Positions 40,501 through 49,113 of a stretch of DNA of 64,000 bases are shown here, piece by piece; position 1 is the stretch's first letter; every line of letters starts with the position of its first letter. The stretch is from Bacteroidales bacterium (lineage in GTDB: Bacteria; Bacteroidota; Bacteroidia; Bacteroidales; ML635J-15): contig OY781043.1 in NCBI GenBank assembly GCA_963676165.1, positions 2,233,342 to 2,297,341 of the forward strand, in the 5' to 3' direction. The notes below the pieces were generated by a model. It was not told the origin of the DNA and did not search any database. It saw nothing but the letters and a program-made list of their open reading frames with translations. The position numbers and the translations under genes were made by a program.

Positions 40501-42312
40501 ATAAGTCAAATTAAATTCAGTTGTATCATTATGAAAATTAATCGTATCCGCATGTGTAACATCCAAGACCTCTGGAACTGAAAAATATGCCATAACATCA
40601 ATACTACTAACAAGATCCTCATCTGAAGATGTAAACGATGGAACATTCACACGATATTTAGCAGCAGGTAATACAATGGAATAATATCCGCTTGCATCAG
40701 TACTAACAGTTTGATCAAAACAATAGGAATCATCCATACTGTAGAATCGAATATCACCCTGTCCGATAGGTGTATTACAACTAGCTGACAAATAGCCATG
40801 AACGAAAAAGACAGTCGTATCGTTAAAGTCAACACCTGTAACATCATCTGAAACAATCACGTCAACAACATTAGGTTCAAATAAGTGATCACCAAAAGCT
40901 GGTGCAATTTCATAAGTTCCTCCACTAGGCACAGTAACAACATAATTTCCGTCAGTATCAGTTACAACAGCAGTTGTATCATTGTCCACAAGGATATTTA
41001 CTCCTGCAATAGGACAAGATTCTAACATAATATTTCCTGAAATTGCAAAAGATGACAAATCATTAAAATCAGCAGTGGCAGTATTTGCTGATGTATTGAG
41101 AGTTACTACCATATTTTCAGGATCAAAAGTTCTATCTTGGTAAATTGGAGTTACTTGAAAATCAGCTTCTGTATAATAATAAATCTGATTGATTTCATAA
41201 TATCCATCCGCATTAGTTACTGCAGTGTAAGTTGTCGTAGTATCTGTCGGAAGAGCATTTCCAACAAGCTGAACCTGCACTTCAACACCAGGAACAGGAA
41301 CCTGATTTGGTAGTGGAGTTCGAACATATCCACTGATTTGACCATTCGGAAGCGTTTTACCACTTGCATACGCAACAACATCAGAAACTCCAACAGGTTT
41401 AACCTGCAATCTGTATTGATATGTATATCCAGGAATCAGCTCATGTTCCGACCCATTATCAGTTTTAGAATTATAAATATTATCTTCTCTTTCCCAAAGA
41501 AATTCCCATATACCAGTTTCATTATTAAACCAATCAAGATAAAATCCAGAAGCCTGATACGTATTTCCTGTATTATTCCAAGTAAGTGAAATTGTATTGT
41601 CCAAATCTGTTGTCCCTTGCATATTCGGATCAAAGGTTGACCCCTGATTTGTGGTTGAATATTGGTAATTATCATTCACGCGAGCTTTCACTCGGTAATC
41701 ACCAGAAGTACCTGCTGCCAAACTCGAATGCATGTAGGAATTTGTACCTGCAGGTAAGTTTCCACTTACAGTTTGTCCATTTTTCTGAATGGAATAAGCA
41801 TGACTATCAAACATTTCATTACTATCCCATGTCACTTTAACCTTTGTCATATACAAAGCGTCGGATGCTTGTACATTAGAAACATTCGTATATGGCAGGA
41901 GTGTCTGTGATGCAACTAAATCATCACCCCAATAACCAAAGGTAAAAGCATCATGATGATAAATCTTAGCAGTAATATTTACAGTTGTTCCAGGATTCAG
42001 ATGAGAGCAATCTATCGCCTTGTTCTCAACCCGAATAGTTTGATAACCTAATGCCATTCCATTCATCTGATCGCTATCATAAAACGCGCCATTCACATAC
42101 CAATCAATTCGGCTCCAACCACCTCCAATCCAATAGCATGCATTATAGCTCTCACACAAGTCAACCACAACTTTATTATGATATCTTGTGGAGCTCAAAG
42201 TCAAAGTATGAGCCTTAACCTGAACGGAAGCAAAGCTCATCAAAACAAATAAGAATGAGACAATTAGATTGTTGCGCTTTGCAATGTTTACTTTCTTTCC
42301 TACTTTTTTCAT
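37594..42312 (-). CDS. 1572-aa secreted multidomain protein with T9SS sorting domain
   Basis: Hydrophobic signal/anchor at the N-terminus, Ig-like and carboxypeptidase-regulatory-like beta-sandwich regions, an unrecognised central region, four InlB-B-repeat-like modules (GYVFDHW.., GYAFDHW.., GYVFDKW..), and CTD LFPNPSEGIVEI...GIYLVQIKT. Confidence 0.8.
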   Translation of the reverse strand: MKKVGKKVNIAKRNNLIVSFLFVLMSFASVQVKAHTLTLSSTRYHNKVVVDLCESYNACYWIGGGWSRIDWYVNGAFYDSDQMNGMALGYQTIRVENKAIDCSHLNPGTTVNITAKIYHHDAFTFGYWGDDLVASQTLLPYTNVSNVQASDALYMTKVKVTWDSNEMFDSHAYSIQKNGQTVSGNLPAGTNSYMHSSLAAGTSGDYRVKARVNDNYQYSTTNQGSTFDPNMQGTTDLDNTISLTWNNTGNTYQASGFYLDWFNNETGIWEFLWEREDNIYNSKTDNGSEHELIPGYTYQYRLQVKPVGVSDVVAYASGKTLPNGQISGYVRTPLPNQVPVPGVEVQVQLVGNALPTDTTTTYTAVTNADGYYEINQIYYYTEADFQVTPIYQDRTFDPENMVVTLNTSANTATADFNDLSSFAISGNIMLESCPIAGVNILVDNDTTAVVTDTDGNYVVTVPSGGTYEIAPAFGDHLFEPNVVDVIVSDDVTGVDFNDTTVFFVHGYLSASCNTPIGQGDIRFYSMDDSYCFDQTVSTDASGYYSIVLPAAKYRVNVPSFTSSDEDLVSSIDVMAYFSVPEVLDVTHADTINFHNDTTEFNLTYRLDPTLAMGGLSYVQTCSGEPVSLVRQYEPSIIEFTANEEFNGYFCPASDGYIIIRENVSSIGMGENVDTLFYEMGETIEYELIPGTPNLIADQDYLKYFEAVLVRDGQTDTIYKDVVVLGHNPREQNYTTVTPQIPFHILHNPPGDASYSFLQENQSVSSSFTQSFLQEGSVDTYVRAQLGSALSIGFAIGVDASIDIETQLDITTSLGTGSSGLTEWASMVTTTMSEEYQTSGNINITGNSGDVYIGGAMNMLYGVTDVLEYNFNTCEFEQAQTLFMQPQGIETTFMYTESHVLDVVIPELQNITDYYTSINEVDSAAYFENQLSVWQQFVERNHETIENSPEVENISFSGGVGYTNTLETTNSSSTSFDFNIYVDYGVAVDAGLAVGGAGVFGGVAVHGRSTWGSVVATETTNTTTVGYYLGDDDENDDYSVQVLEDQVYGVPAFRLVSGQSSCPWEEGTVPREGVQLSTDVTYQSVEENESAVFVLHLANTSQTDEEMTYDLIFDHTSNPNGAEVSIGGSPVVGDVPYPYTIPAWGSVDVTITIDRGPTAFDYNGLKFILKSQCDDDISDETFLNVHYYKEYDLTVAVDGVGTTNLEQGVHTYIEESNVNLYASAGSGYVFDHWVLGEDIFETAALAVVMDSDKAVTAYFVETTESQYNVSVSLVGNGTTNPPPGDYIFNEGTELNVIANPDLYNAFVQWNVNGEVLTDAISSITITEDMEIEAEFIVTHQFDISTTEGGSTNPEAGYYAFNHGQEISLFASPELGYAFDHWEINGVDYFTQYITVIIDEAVSATAYFVETTQEQHSLDISSFTEGGHTIPPTGTYLYVDGDQVDMTAVPDEGYVFDKWIINGIESTNNPVNMTITGDMTVSAYFAEDLVAVDGVNYETHCSLFPNPSEGIVEILSNEPIRSIKVLSIAGKILSCHDGNNAKRQNLNLEAYKSGIYLVQIKTDHGVETMKLQLF

Positions 42313-42335
42313 ATTGGCAAATTTTGATTTTGCAT

Positions 42336-42343
42336 CAAAGTTA
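42336..42343 (-). promoter_or_regulatory. candidate -7 box (TAACTTTG) for the 1572-aa gene
   Basis: Matches TAnnTTTG on the minus strand, 23 nt upstream of the ATG at 42312. Confidence 0.4.
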
Positions 42344-42385
42344 CCAGCAGATTGTATGAATATGGAAAAATCTGGTTAGCGGCAA

Positions 42386-42403
42386 GTTATCCGTGAGGAT
42401 AAC
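42386..42403. promoter_or_regulatory. perfect 7-4-7 palindrome GTTATCC-gtga-GGATAAC (candidate operator)
   Basis: Exact dyad about 50 bp upstream of the candidate -7 box. Confidence 0.4.
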
Positions 42404-42436
42404 AAAAGGTTAACATTATCTCTAAAGTAAACTATT

Positions 42437-42459
42437 TAACGTGAATTCGACGTAAGAAA
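42437..42459 (+). promoter_or_regulatory. box M: TAACGTGAATTCGACGTAAGAAA
   Basis: 20/23 identical to the reverse complement of box R, and 124 bp upstream of the 1572-aa gene ATG. Confidence 0.45.
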
Positions 42460-42718
42460 CCTAAAACAGAAAGTCATTTTGATGTCAGATTTAGCCTAAT
42501 AAAATACGAAGTAGTAACGGGTTACTTCAAGGATTTTTTAGGCAAAAGATGGTATTAAAATGGCTTTCCTTTACAGGCTTCAAATATTTCCCCATATTCG
42601 TTCATGAAATTTTCTCAAATTATCCCGATAGTCTTTCAAAAATTTCATTTGAATATGAAAAAATCTTTTGAAGCTGCCTGCCAGCCGGTTTACTTTTTAG
42701 ACGGCAGGCTGGTTTGGA

Positions 42719-42741
42719 TTTCTTAGATCGAACTCACGTTA
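42719..42741 (-). promoter_or_regulatory. box R: TAACGTGAGTTCGATCTAAGAAA (read on the minus strand)
   Basis: Overlaps the last five codons (NVSSI) and the TAA stop of the response regulator. Forms an inverted pair with box M around 259 bp. Confidence 0.45.
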
Positions 42742-43598
42742 TTTAAGTAAGTATAAAGATTCTCTTTTTCGTCAAGCAAGAGTTTCTTTCTTAAACGACT
42801 TCTGGAAACTTTTACAGATCCAGGCTCGCGAAATGTAAGATCAGCAATTTCTTTTGTCTGCAAACCTTGTTTTATGAGATAACAAAGCTGGATTTCCCTT
42901 GCAGTCAGTTTATCATGACTCTTCAACAAACACTCAACAAATTGTTTGTTGGGAAATAGATTTCTATCCAACAGTGATTTTGCTCTCTGATTGATTGTTC
43001 GAAGTGCTGATATAACCGACTCAACATCATCATCAAAACAATCTCCTACTTTTATTTCTTCAAGTTTTTGAGCAAGCAAAGTTAAAGTATGATAGTAAAA
43101 GGTCAACACATCACTAGTATCCTGATTTGCATCGTTTAGATACTGAACCATATCATTTAATTTGGCATTTTCTGCCGCAAGAATAATATCAGCTTGCGAT
43201 TTTATTGTTTTTACGTATTCTGCCTGTTTAAGGTGGGAATTAACTCTTGCCAGAAACTCCGTTTTATCCAATGGTTTTCTTAAAAAATCAGATGCTCCAG
43301 CCTCCAAAGCAAACCTCAAATCATCCGGAGTTATTCGGATACCCGTTGCTATAATTATTGGAATATCCTTTGTTTCTTTCTTATTCTTCAATTGACGAGT
43401 TGCCTCAACCCCACTAATACCTGGCATCTCCCAATCCATAACAATCACATCAGGTAATTCTTTTGTTGCGATCTCAATACCAATTTCACCATTCGGAGCA
43501 GATAATAAAGCGTATGGAATTGAGTCTTCAATAATATATTGCATTGCAGTCTGCAAATACTCTTTTTTATCATCAACAATCAATATTTTTTTACTCAT
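42723..43598 (-). CDS. response regulator: REC domain, long helical linker, LuxR/FixJ-type HTH
   Basis: KILIVDD, DVIVMDWEMPGISG, FLRKP, and C-terminal LTAREIQLCYLIKQGLQTKEIADL...VKVSRSRLRKKL. Confidence 0.88.
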   Translation of the reverse strand: MSKKILIVDDKKEYLQTAMQYIIEDSIPYALLSAPNGEIGIEIATKELPDVIVMDWEMPGISGVEATRQLKNKKETKDIPIIIATGIRITPDDLRFALEAGASDFLRKPLDKTEFLARVNSHLKQAEYVKTIKSQADIILAAENAKLNDMVQYLNDANQDTSDVLTFYYHTLTLLAQKLEEIKVGDCFDDDVESVISALRTINQRAKSLLDRNLFPNKQFVECLLKSHDKLTAREIQLCYLIKQGLQTKEIADLTFREPGSVKVSRSRLRKKLLLDEKENLYTYLNNVSSI

Positions 43599-43602
43599 AG
43601 CA

Positions 43603-45078
43603 TTATTCGCTTATACACAATTTAATTAACTCATGAAACACTTTTTCATTTCCGGCATACACAGCATCAGTTATTCGCTTACACCACAAATTCACACCAG
43701 GATTTTCATTGCGCTCAACTTTTTTCAGAACATGAATAATTTCACTCAACTTATAAACAGGTATAACAGCCAGCTTACGACATATTTCTGACAAATCATC
43801 CTTTTCTTTTTGTGTCAATTCAACTTGTAAAGGGCTGGCAGTTAAATCCTCATGAACATCAACACTAGAAAATTCGGGAAGCAGAACCGTGAACATACTT
43901 CCTTTTCCAATTTGAGACATTACTTGAATCGATCCATAATGAGCATCTACAACTAGTTTACAAAAGGCCAATCCTAATCCTGTTGAAAATGTACTTTTTG
44001 ATTTTTCTTGTTTAATGAAATAAAATTTCTCAAAAATGTGAGGTTGATGTTCATCCGCAATTCCCCTACCATTATCAACAACAGAAAATTCACAATGAGA
44101 ACCTTTTCCATCTATAAAGATTTCAATCACTGCATTCGTCGGAGAATACTTAATCCCATTTGTCAGCAAATTAATCAGCACCCTCACTACCAACTCCTTG
44201 TCACAACTCAAAAAGCCGCTTTGTCTAAAGTGAGATTGAATAGAAATCTGTTTCTCATCTGCCAAAACCTGAACCGCATCCATTGCAGCAACAACAACTT
44301 CCTTGACCGACACTCTCTCTTTCTTTAATATTAAGTTTGGCTCTTCAAGTCGATCAATATCAAGAATCTTTTCCAATTGTCGATTCACGTTGAATGCTTG
44401 TCGCTCTATTTTTTGCGATGTAACACTTTGGCTTCCTGTAGATAAATTCATTATCGTGTTTATCGGAACTCGTAAATCATGAATTACATGTCTGGTCATT
44501 TTTTGTTTGTAATCACTCAATTCCTCAACTTTCAATTTCGATTCCTGTAACTGAGTTAACAATCGTTTAATCAGCGATTCAAAAACAATAGAAAAAATAC
44601 CAATTCCTCCCAAACAAAGCACAACAATGGGAAGGATATCCAGCATGATTACATCATTATGAATGAAAGCACTAGACACAACTATTACAATGGATGAAGC
44701 AATAATTATGATAGAAAACAACCTATTAGTCGTCAGAGGAATAACAAACATGAGAATCAATAAAATCGCAATTGTTTCCTCGTGAAAATGTTCATTAGAA
44801 ATATGTGAGGGCAAAATAATTCCAGGATATAACAAATCTGCAACAACAAGAGTTCCTAAAATCATCATTGCCGGCTGCATTTTTAGTTTCTTAAAAATAA
44901 ACAGCGTGTAGGTTATCAGAAAGACACTAATAATAAAAACGTCCTCTAAAAATAAGTTTGTAATGCCCATTGAATAATAATCAAGCATCCCCATAACATA
45001 CCCTAAAGTATAGCAAATAAAAGATACATGAGTTGTAACATAAAGTATTTTCTGATATGATTTCGTATTTTCTGACAT
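43603..45078 (-). CDS. membrane-embedded sensor histidine kinase
   Basis: About 6 TM helices with no obvious periplasmic domain. H-box HDLRVPIN and ATPase boxes LLTNGIKYSP, DNGRGI, GLGLAFCK. About 90 aa of extra helical C-terminus. 4-nt gap to the regulator gene. Confidence 0.85.
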   Translation of the reverse strand: MSENTKSYQKILYVTTHVSFICYTLGYVMGMLDYYSMGITNLFLEDVFIISVFLITYTLFIFKKLKMQPAMMILGTLVVADLLYPGIILPSHISNEHFHEETIAILLILMFVIPLTTNRLFSIIIIASSIVIVVSSAFIHNDVIMLDILPIVVLCLGGIGIFSIVFESLIKRLLTQLQESKLKVEELSDYKQKMTRHVIHDLRVPINTIMNLSTGSQSVTSQKIERQAFNVNRQLEKILDIDRLEEPNLILKKERVSVKEVVVAAMDAVQVLADEKQISIQSHFRQSGFLSCDKELVVRVLINLLTNGIKYSPTNAVIEIFIDGKGSHCEFSVVDNGRGIADEHQPHIFEKFYFIKQEKSKSTFSTGLGLAFCKLVVDAHYGSIQVMSQIGKGSMFTVLLPEFSSVDVHEDLTASPLQVELTQKEKDDLSEICRKLAVIPVYKLSEIIHVLKKVERNENPGVNLWCKRITDAVYAGNEKVFHELIKLCISE

Positions 45079-45345
45079 TCAATCATTACATTCCCACTAA
45101 CAAAAATAAAAATTTGACAGAACATATTACAAAAGAATGATTCTAAAAAAGCATAATTTAGTGTTCAATTCATATAAAGGAAACATTGAATTAATACACA
45201 AACCTCTGAAAAGAAACAAATTACAAACAGAACGACGACTATTCCAATCTGATTTTCAAGTGCTTAAAAAGTTTACATTAAGGTAACATTGCATGTTAAG
45301 TTAATATGAATAATCTTTCTATTTTCGCTGCCATTAAACTAAAAA

Positions 45346-46410
45346 ATGGCTAATAGAATGAAACCACAACTGACTGCATTGATTCTTTTCCTTTTTTTGA
45401 GTCTCTCTCTTTCTGCACAAGATGAATTTTCAGGGGAATGGTACATCGGATTTCAACATCAAGAAGAAGCAGATTACAACCAATTCCAACTTAAAAGAGC
45501 ATACATCACTTACAAAAAACAAATAACACCCTGGCTTAAAGGAAGAATAACACCAGATATCACTATTGACACCGAAGGTGATGGCATGGGCGATGTCGAA
45601 TTAAGAATGAAGTATCTTTACGTTCAATTTGATGTGCCTGATTTTTGGATTTTTACAGACAATAATTTCAAAACCGGGCTTGTTGCTCGTCCATGGATAG
45701 ACTACGAACAAGACATTATACAATACCGCGCCCAAGGACAAATGTACTTGGAAAGAACCAAAGTTGTTCCTTCTACCGATTACGGGATAAGCTATAGCTC
45801 AAACATAGGTGGGAAATATGAAAATCAAGATTTCGAATCTGCTTGTCCCGGGAAATATGCCAACATCAGTGTTGGAATATACAATGGAGGTGGATATCAT
45901 TCCCTTGAGGAAAATAAAAACAAAACGCTTGAGTGGAGAAGTAGCGTTCGCCCTCTTCATGATTTGTTACCTGGCTTACTCCTAACCTATCACGGTGCAT
46001 ACGGAGCGGGTAACAGCACTCGAAACAATCTTTTTTATTACAATGGATATCACATTGGCTATGAGCACAAATGGTTCATTTTGTCAGGACAGTATTATAA
46101 AGGATTAGGAAATTACACTGACAAATTCATCAACAGCATTGATTTAACTCCGTCAGAACATGAAGGTTATTCCTTATTTGCTGAACTCCGACATATGGAA
46201 AGTGGACTGTCTGTTTGGGCACGTTACGACTCCCAGTTCAGAAGACAAAAAGCTCCGGAAATATCCTATACCGAAGACAGACTTATTCTCGCTGCTGCAT
46301 GGAGATTCTACAACAAAAACCGACTGATTATTAGCCGTGACTATTTTGAAGATGGCTATTTTGATCAACCAGAAACCATCTGGGAAGCAACACTTGACAT
46401 CCGATTCTAG
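45346..46410 (+). CDS. putative outer-membrane beta-barrel porin
   Basis: Signal peptide ending SLSAQ, alternating beta-strand pattern, and a C-terminal ...LDIRF aromatic residue. Confidence 0.55.
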   Translation: MANRMKPQLTALILFLFLSLSLSAQDEFSGEWYIGFQHQEEADYNQFQLKRAYITYKKQITPWLKGRITPDITIDTEGDGMGDVELRMKYLYVQFDVPDFWIFTDNNFKTGLVARPWIDYEQDIIQYRAQGQMYLERTKVVPSTDYGISYSSNIGGKYENQDFESACPGKYANISVGIYNGGGYHSLEENKNKTLEWRSSVRPLHDLLPGLLLTYHGAYGAGNSTRNNLFYYNGYHIGYEHKWFILSGQYYKGLGNYTDKFINSIDLTPSEHEGYSLFAELRHMESGLSVWARYDSQFRRQKAPEISYTEDRLILAAAWRFYNKNRLIISRDYFEDGYFDQPETIWEATLDIRF

Positions 46411-46501
46411 TTGTTTACACTTTTCAGAACAGCAATTAATTAGAATTGACATGCTAATATTTTCGATTCAGAAGATTTCATCGTAAATTTGTCAAAAAAG
46501 C

Positions 46502-47608
46502 ATGCAACAATCTTGGATTTCCTACTTCTCAAATTTAGTTAAAGCGCATGGAGGAATTAATTTAGCTCAAGGAATACCCGGCTTTCAACCTCCAACATCA
46601 TTATTGGAATGTCTTAAAAACAGAAGTTATGACCCTGTTCATCAATATGCACCTGGATTAGGAAATCAAAGACTTAGAGATCATATTGCAAAGGAATACG
46701 AGCACACAATTACAGATGATTTTAAGTTTATGATTACCCTTGGGGGCACAGAGGCAATTCAATTGCTTTATCTTTATTTACATCACAAACTCAAAGGACT
46801 GAAAGCTGCTGCCTTTTCACCAGTTTATGAATCGTACCAACACCTCCCACGCATTTACTCTGATGAATTTCGAGCATTACCCATAGAAAGCGACAATTTA
46901 AATGATAAACTTTCAACCTTTTTCCAAACATACAATCCGGATGTTTTCTTCGTAAATTCTCCTGGAAATCCTTATGGTAAAACATTGAATCAATCACAGT
47001 TTGATCATCTATTGGAACTTTGCAACAAACATACATGCTACTTAATCATTGACGCAGTGTATGACAACTTCTATTTTGGAAATAAGAAACCATATTATCC
47101 TTTAGATAAGATGTCGGAACAAGTATTCTACGTCAACAGTTTTTCGAAACGTTTTAGTATCACCGGATGGAGATTGGGATACTTTTATGCTCATAATTCA
47201 CACTTTGATGCAATAAGCGATATTCATGATTATACCGGTCTTAGTTGCCCTTCCATTTTACAAGAAAGTTTGGCTGATTTTCTAGACACAGACGATGCAC
47301 CACAAGCATACATAAACAGAACCCGTGATTTACTCAAAAGCAACTTTCAAGCAAGCATAAAGCAACTTAAGCAGCATGGATTTAAGATACCAGAAACGCA
47401 TGGAGGATACTTTATTTGGGCAAAATTGCCAGAACAAATATCTGACAGCATAGCATTTTCAAAACAACTCTATGCTGACAAAAAAACAGCCATCATTCCG
47501 GGGTCGCATTTTGGAGCAAATTACCATGCATATGTAAGAATCAATATCGCACATGAACAAAAGAAACTATCTTCAGGAATAAGGAACCTCTGCTCACAAC
47601 TTTCTTGA
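46502..47608 (+). CDS. PLP-dependent aminotransferase, class I/II
   Basis: NPGNPYG, and SFSKRFSITGWRLGY carrying the PLP lysine. Confidence 0.88.
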   Translation: MQQSWISYFSNLVKAHGGINLAQGIPGFQPPTSLLECLKNRSYDPVHQYAPGLGNQRLRDHIAKEYEHTITDDFKFMITLGGTEAIQLLYLYLHHKLKGLKAAAFSPVYESYQHLPRIYSDEFRALPIESDNLNDKLSTFFQTYNPDVFFVNSPGNPYGKTLNQSQFDHLLELCNKHTCYLIIDAVYDNFYFGNKKPYYPLDKMSEQVFYVNSFSKRFSITGWRLGYFYAHNSHFDAISDIHDYTGLSCPSILQESLADFLDTDDAPQAYINRTRDLLKSNFQASIKQLKQHGFKIPETHGGYFIWAKLPEQISDSIAFSKQLYADKKTAIIPGSHFGANYHAYVRINIAHEQKKLSSGIRNLCSQLS

Positions 47609-47666
47609 TGTAACACAAGGCTTGTTGTTTATCAGGAAACTATTAACTTTGCGACAAAATTTGACT

Positions 47667-48542
47667 ATGACACAATCAATGACCGGCTATCACAAACTCA
47701 GTTTTGACTATGCCGAAAAAACAATACACATTGAGATTAAAACCCTCAACTCCAAACACTTGGACATTAACACCAGAGTTCCATCCATTTACAAAGAGAA
47801 AGAACTTGCAATTAGAGAACTGATTCACAAATATTTAATTCGCGGTAAAGTTGAATTCAGCATATTTGTTGATATGTGTGGCAGCACTCAAGCATCAACA
47901 ATTAACCAGGATTTGTTTCTATCGTATTACAAACAACTTCAAGACATTGCTAAAAAAACGGATTTGGATTTAAAACATGATGCATTTTCTGTCATCAGTC
48001 GTTTCCCAGATATTATGCGTCAGGAAAGACAAGAAATTGAAGACGATGAGTGGAATACCATTTTGAGTCAAACCAAAGCATGTATCGATCAAGTTGTTCA
48101 ATACCGGATAGACGAAGGAGTCTCACTAAAAAAAGACGTTTTACAATCTGTCAATCACATTATTGAACTTGTTGAAAAAGTTGAACCGTTTGAAAAAAGC
48201 CGTATCCAGGAAGTCAAGACTCGTTTAATGAATAATCTTGAAAAACTTGCTGACACTCCGGAAATTGATGCCAATCGCTTTGAACAAGAGTTGATTTATT
48301 ATCTGGAGAAACTGGACATCAATGAGGAAAAAGTCCGTTTAAGAAATCACTGTGCTTATTTCCAGGACACAATTAAATTAGACATTCCGGTTGGCAAAAA
48401 ATTAGGTTTCATCGCTCAGGAAATGGGAAGAGAAATCAACACTATGGGTGCCAAAGCAAACCAGGTAGACATACAAAAGATTGTTGTGGAGATGAAAGAT
48501 GAACTCGAAAAAGTCAAGGAGCAGCTCTTAAACATTTTGTAG
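47667..48542 (+). CDS. yicC: YicC family stress-induced protein
   Basis: MTQSMTGY...IEIKTLNSKHLDI N-terminus and C-terminal INEEKVRL..H. Start moved to the ATG at 47667. Confidence 0.85.
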   Translation: MTQSMTGYHKLSFDYAEKTIHIEIKTLNSKHLDINTRVPSIYKEKELAIRELIHKYLIRGKVEFSIFVDMCGSTQASTINQDLFLSYYKQLQDIAKKTDLDLKHDAFSVISRFPDIMRQERQEIEDDEWNTILSQTKACIDQVVQYRIDEGVSLKKDVLQSVNHIIELVEKVEPFEKSRIQEVKTRLMNNLEKLADTPEIDANRFEQELIYYLEKLDINEEKVRLRNHCAYFQDTIKLDIPVGKKLGFIAQEMGREINTMGAKANQVDIQKIVVEMKDELEKVKEQLLNIL

Positions 48543-48543
48543 T

Positions 48544-49113
48544 ATGTCAAAAGGAAAACTCATCATTGTATCTGCCCCTTCAGGTTCAGGAAAAACAACC
48601 ATCATTCACCATTTAATGGAACAGGATCTGAATTTGCATTTTTCAGTATCTGCAACCAACCGTCCTGCACGAAAACATGAAAAACATGGTATTGATTACC
48701 ACTTTTTAAGCACAGAAGAATTCAATCAACATATTGATAATGATGAATTTCTGGAATGGGAAGAAGTTTACGAAGGTCGATTCTACGGAAGTTTGAAACG
48801 TGTTATTAATGAGCTTTTAAATGAGGGTAAAAATGTAATTTTTGATGTGGATGTTGTTGGAGGTCTAAACATTAAGAAATATTATCAAGAAGAAGCACTC
48901 GCAATATTTGTTCAACTACCAAGCTTAGAAACATTAGAAATGCGTCTAAGACAGCGAGGTACAGACAATGAAGAAGACATCATGAATCGTCTCGAAAAAG
49001 CTGCCTGGGAAATGAATTTTGCGGAGAAATTTGACAAAGTACTTATCAATGACAAGCTGGAGAAATGTCTCCAGGATGCCACTGATATTGTATCTGAATT
49101 TCTAAAAGCTTAA
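48544..49113 (+). CDS. gmk: guanylate kinase
   Basis: SAPSGSGKTT P-loop, SATNRPAR..E..G.DYHF, and adjacency to yicC. Confidence 0.95.
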   Translation: MSKGKLIIVSAPSGSGKTTIIHHLMEQDLNLHFSVSATNRPARKHEKHGIDYHFLSTEEFNQHIDNDEFLEWEEVYEGRFYGSLKRVINELLNEGKNVIFDVDVVGGLNIKKYYQEEALAIFVQLPSLETLEMRLRQRGTDNEEDIMNRLEKAAWEMNFAEKFDKVLINDKLEKCLQDATDIVSEFLKA

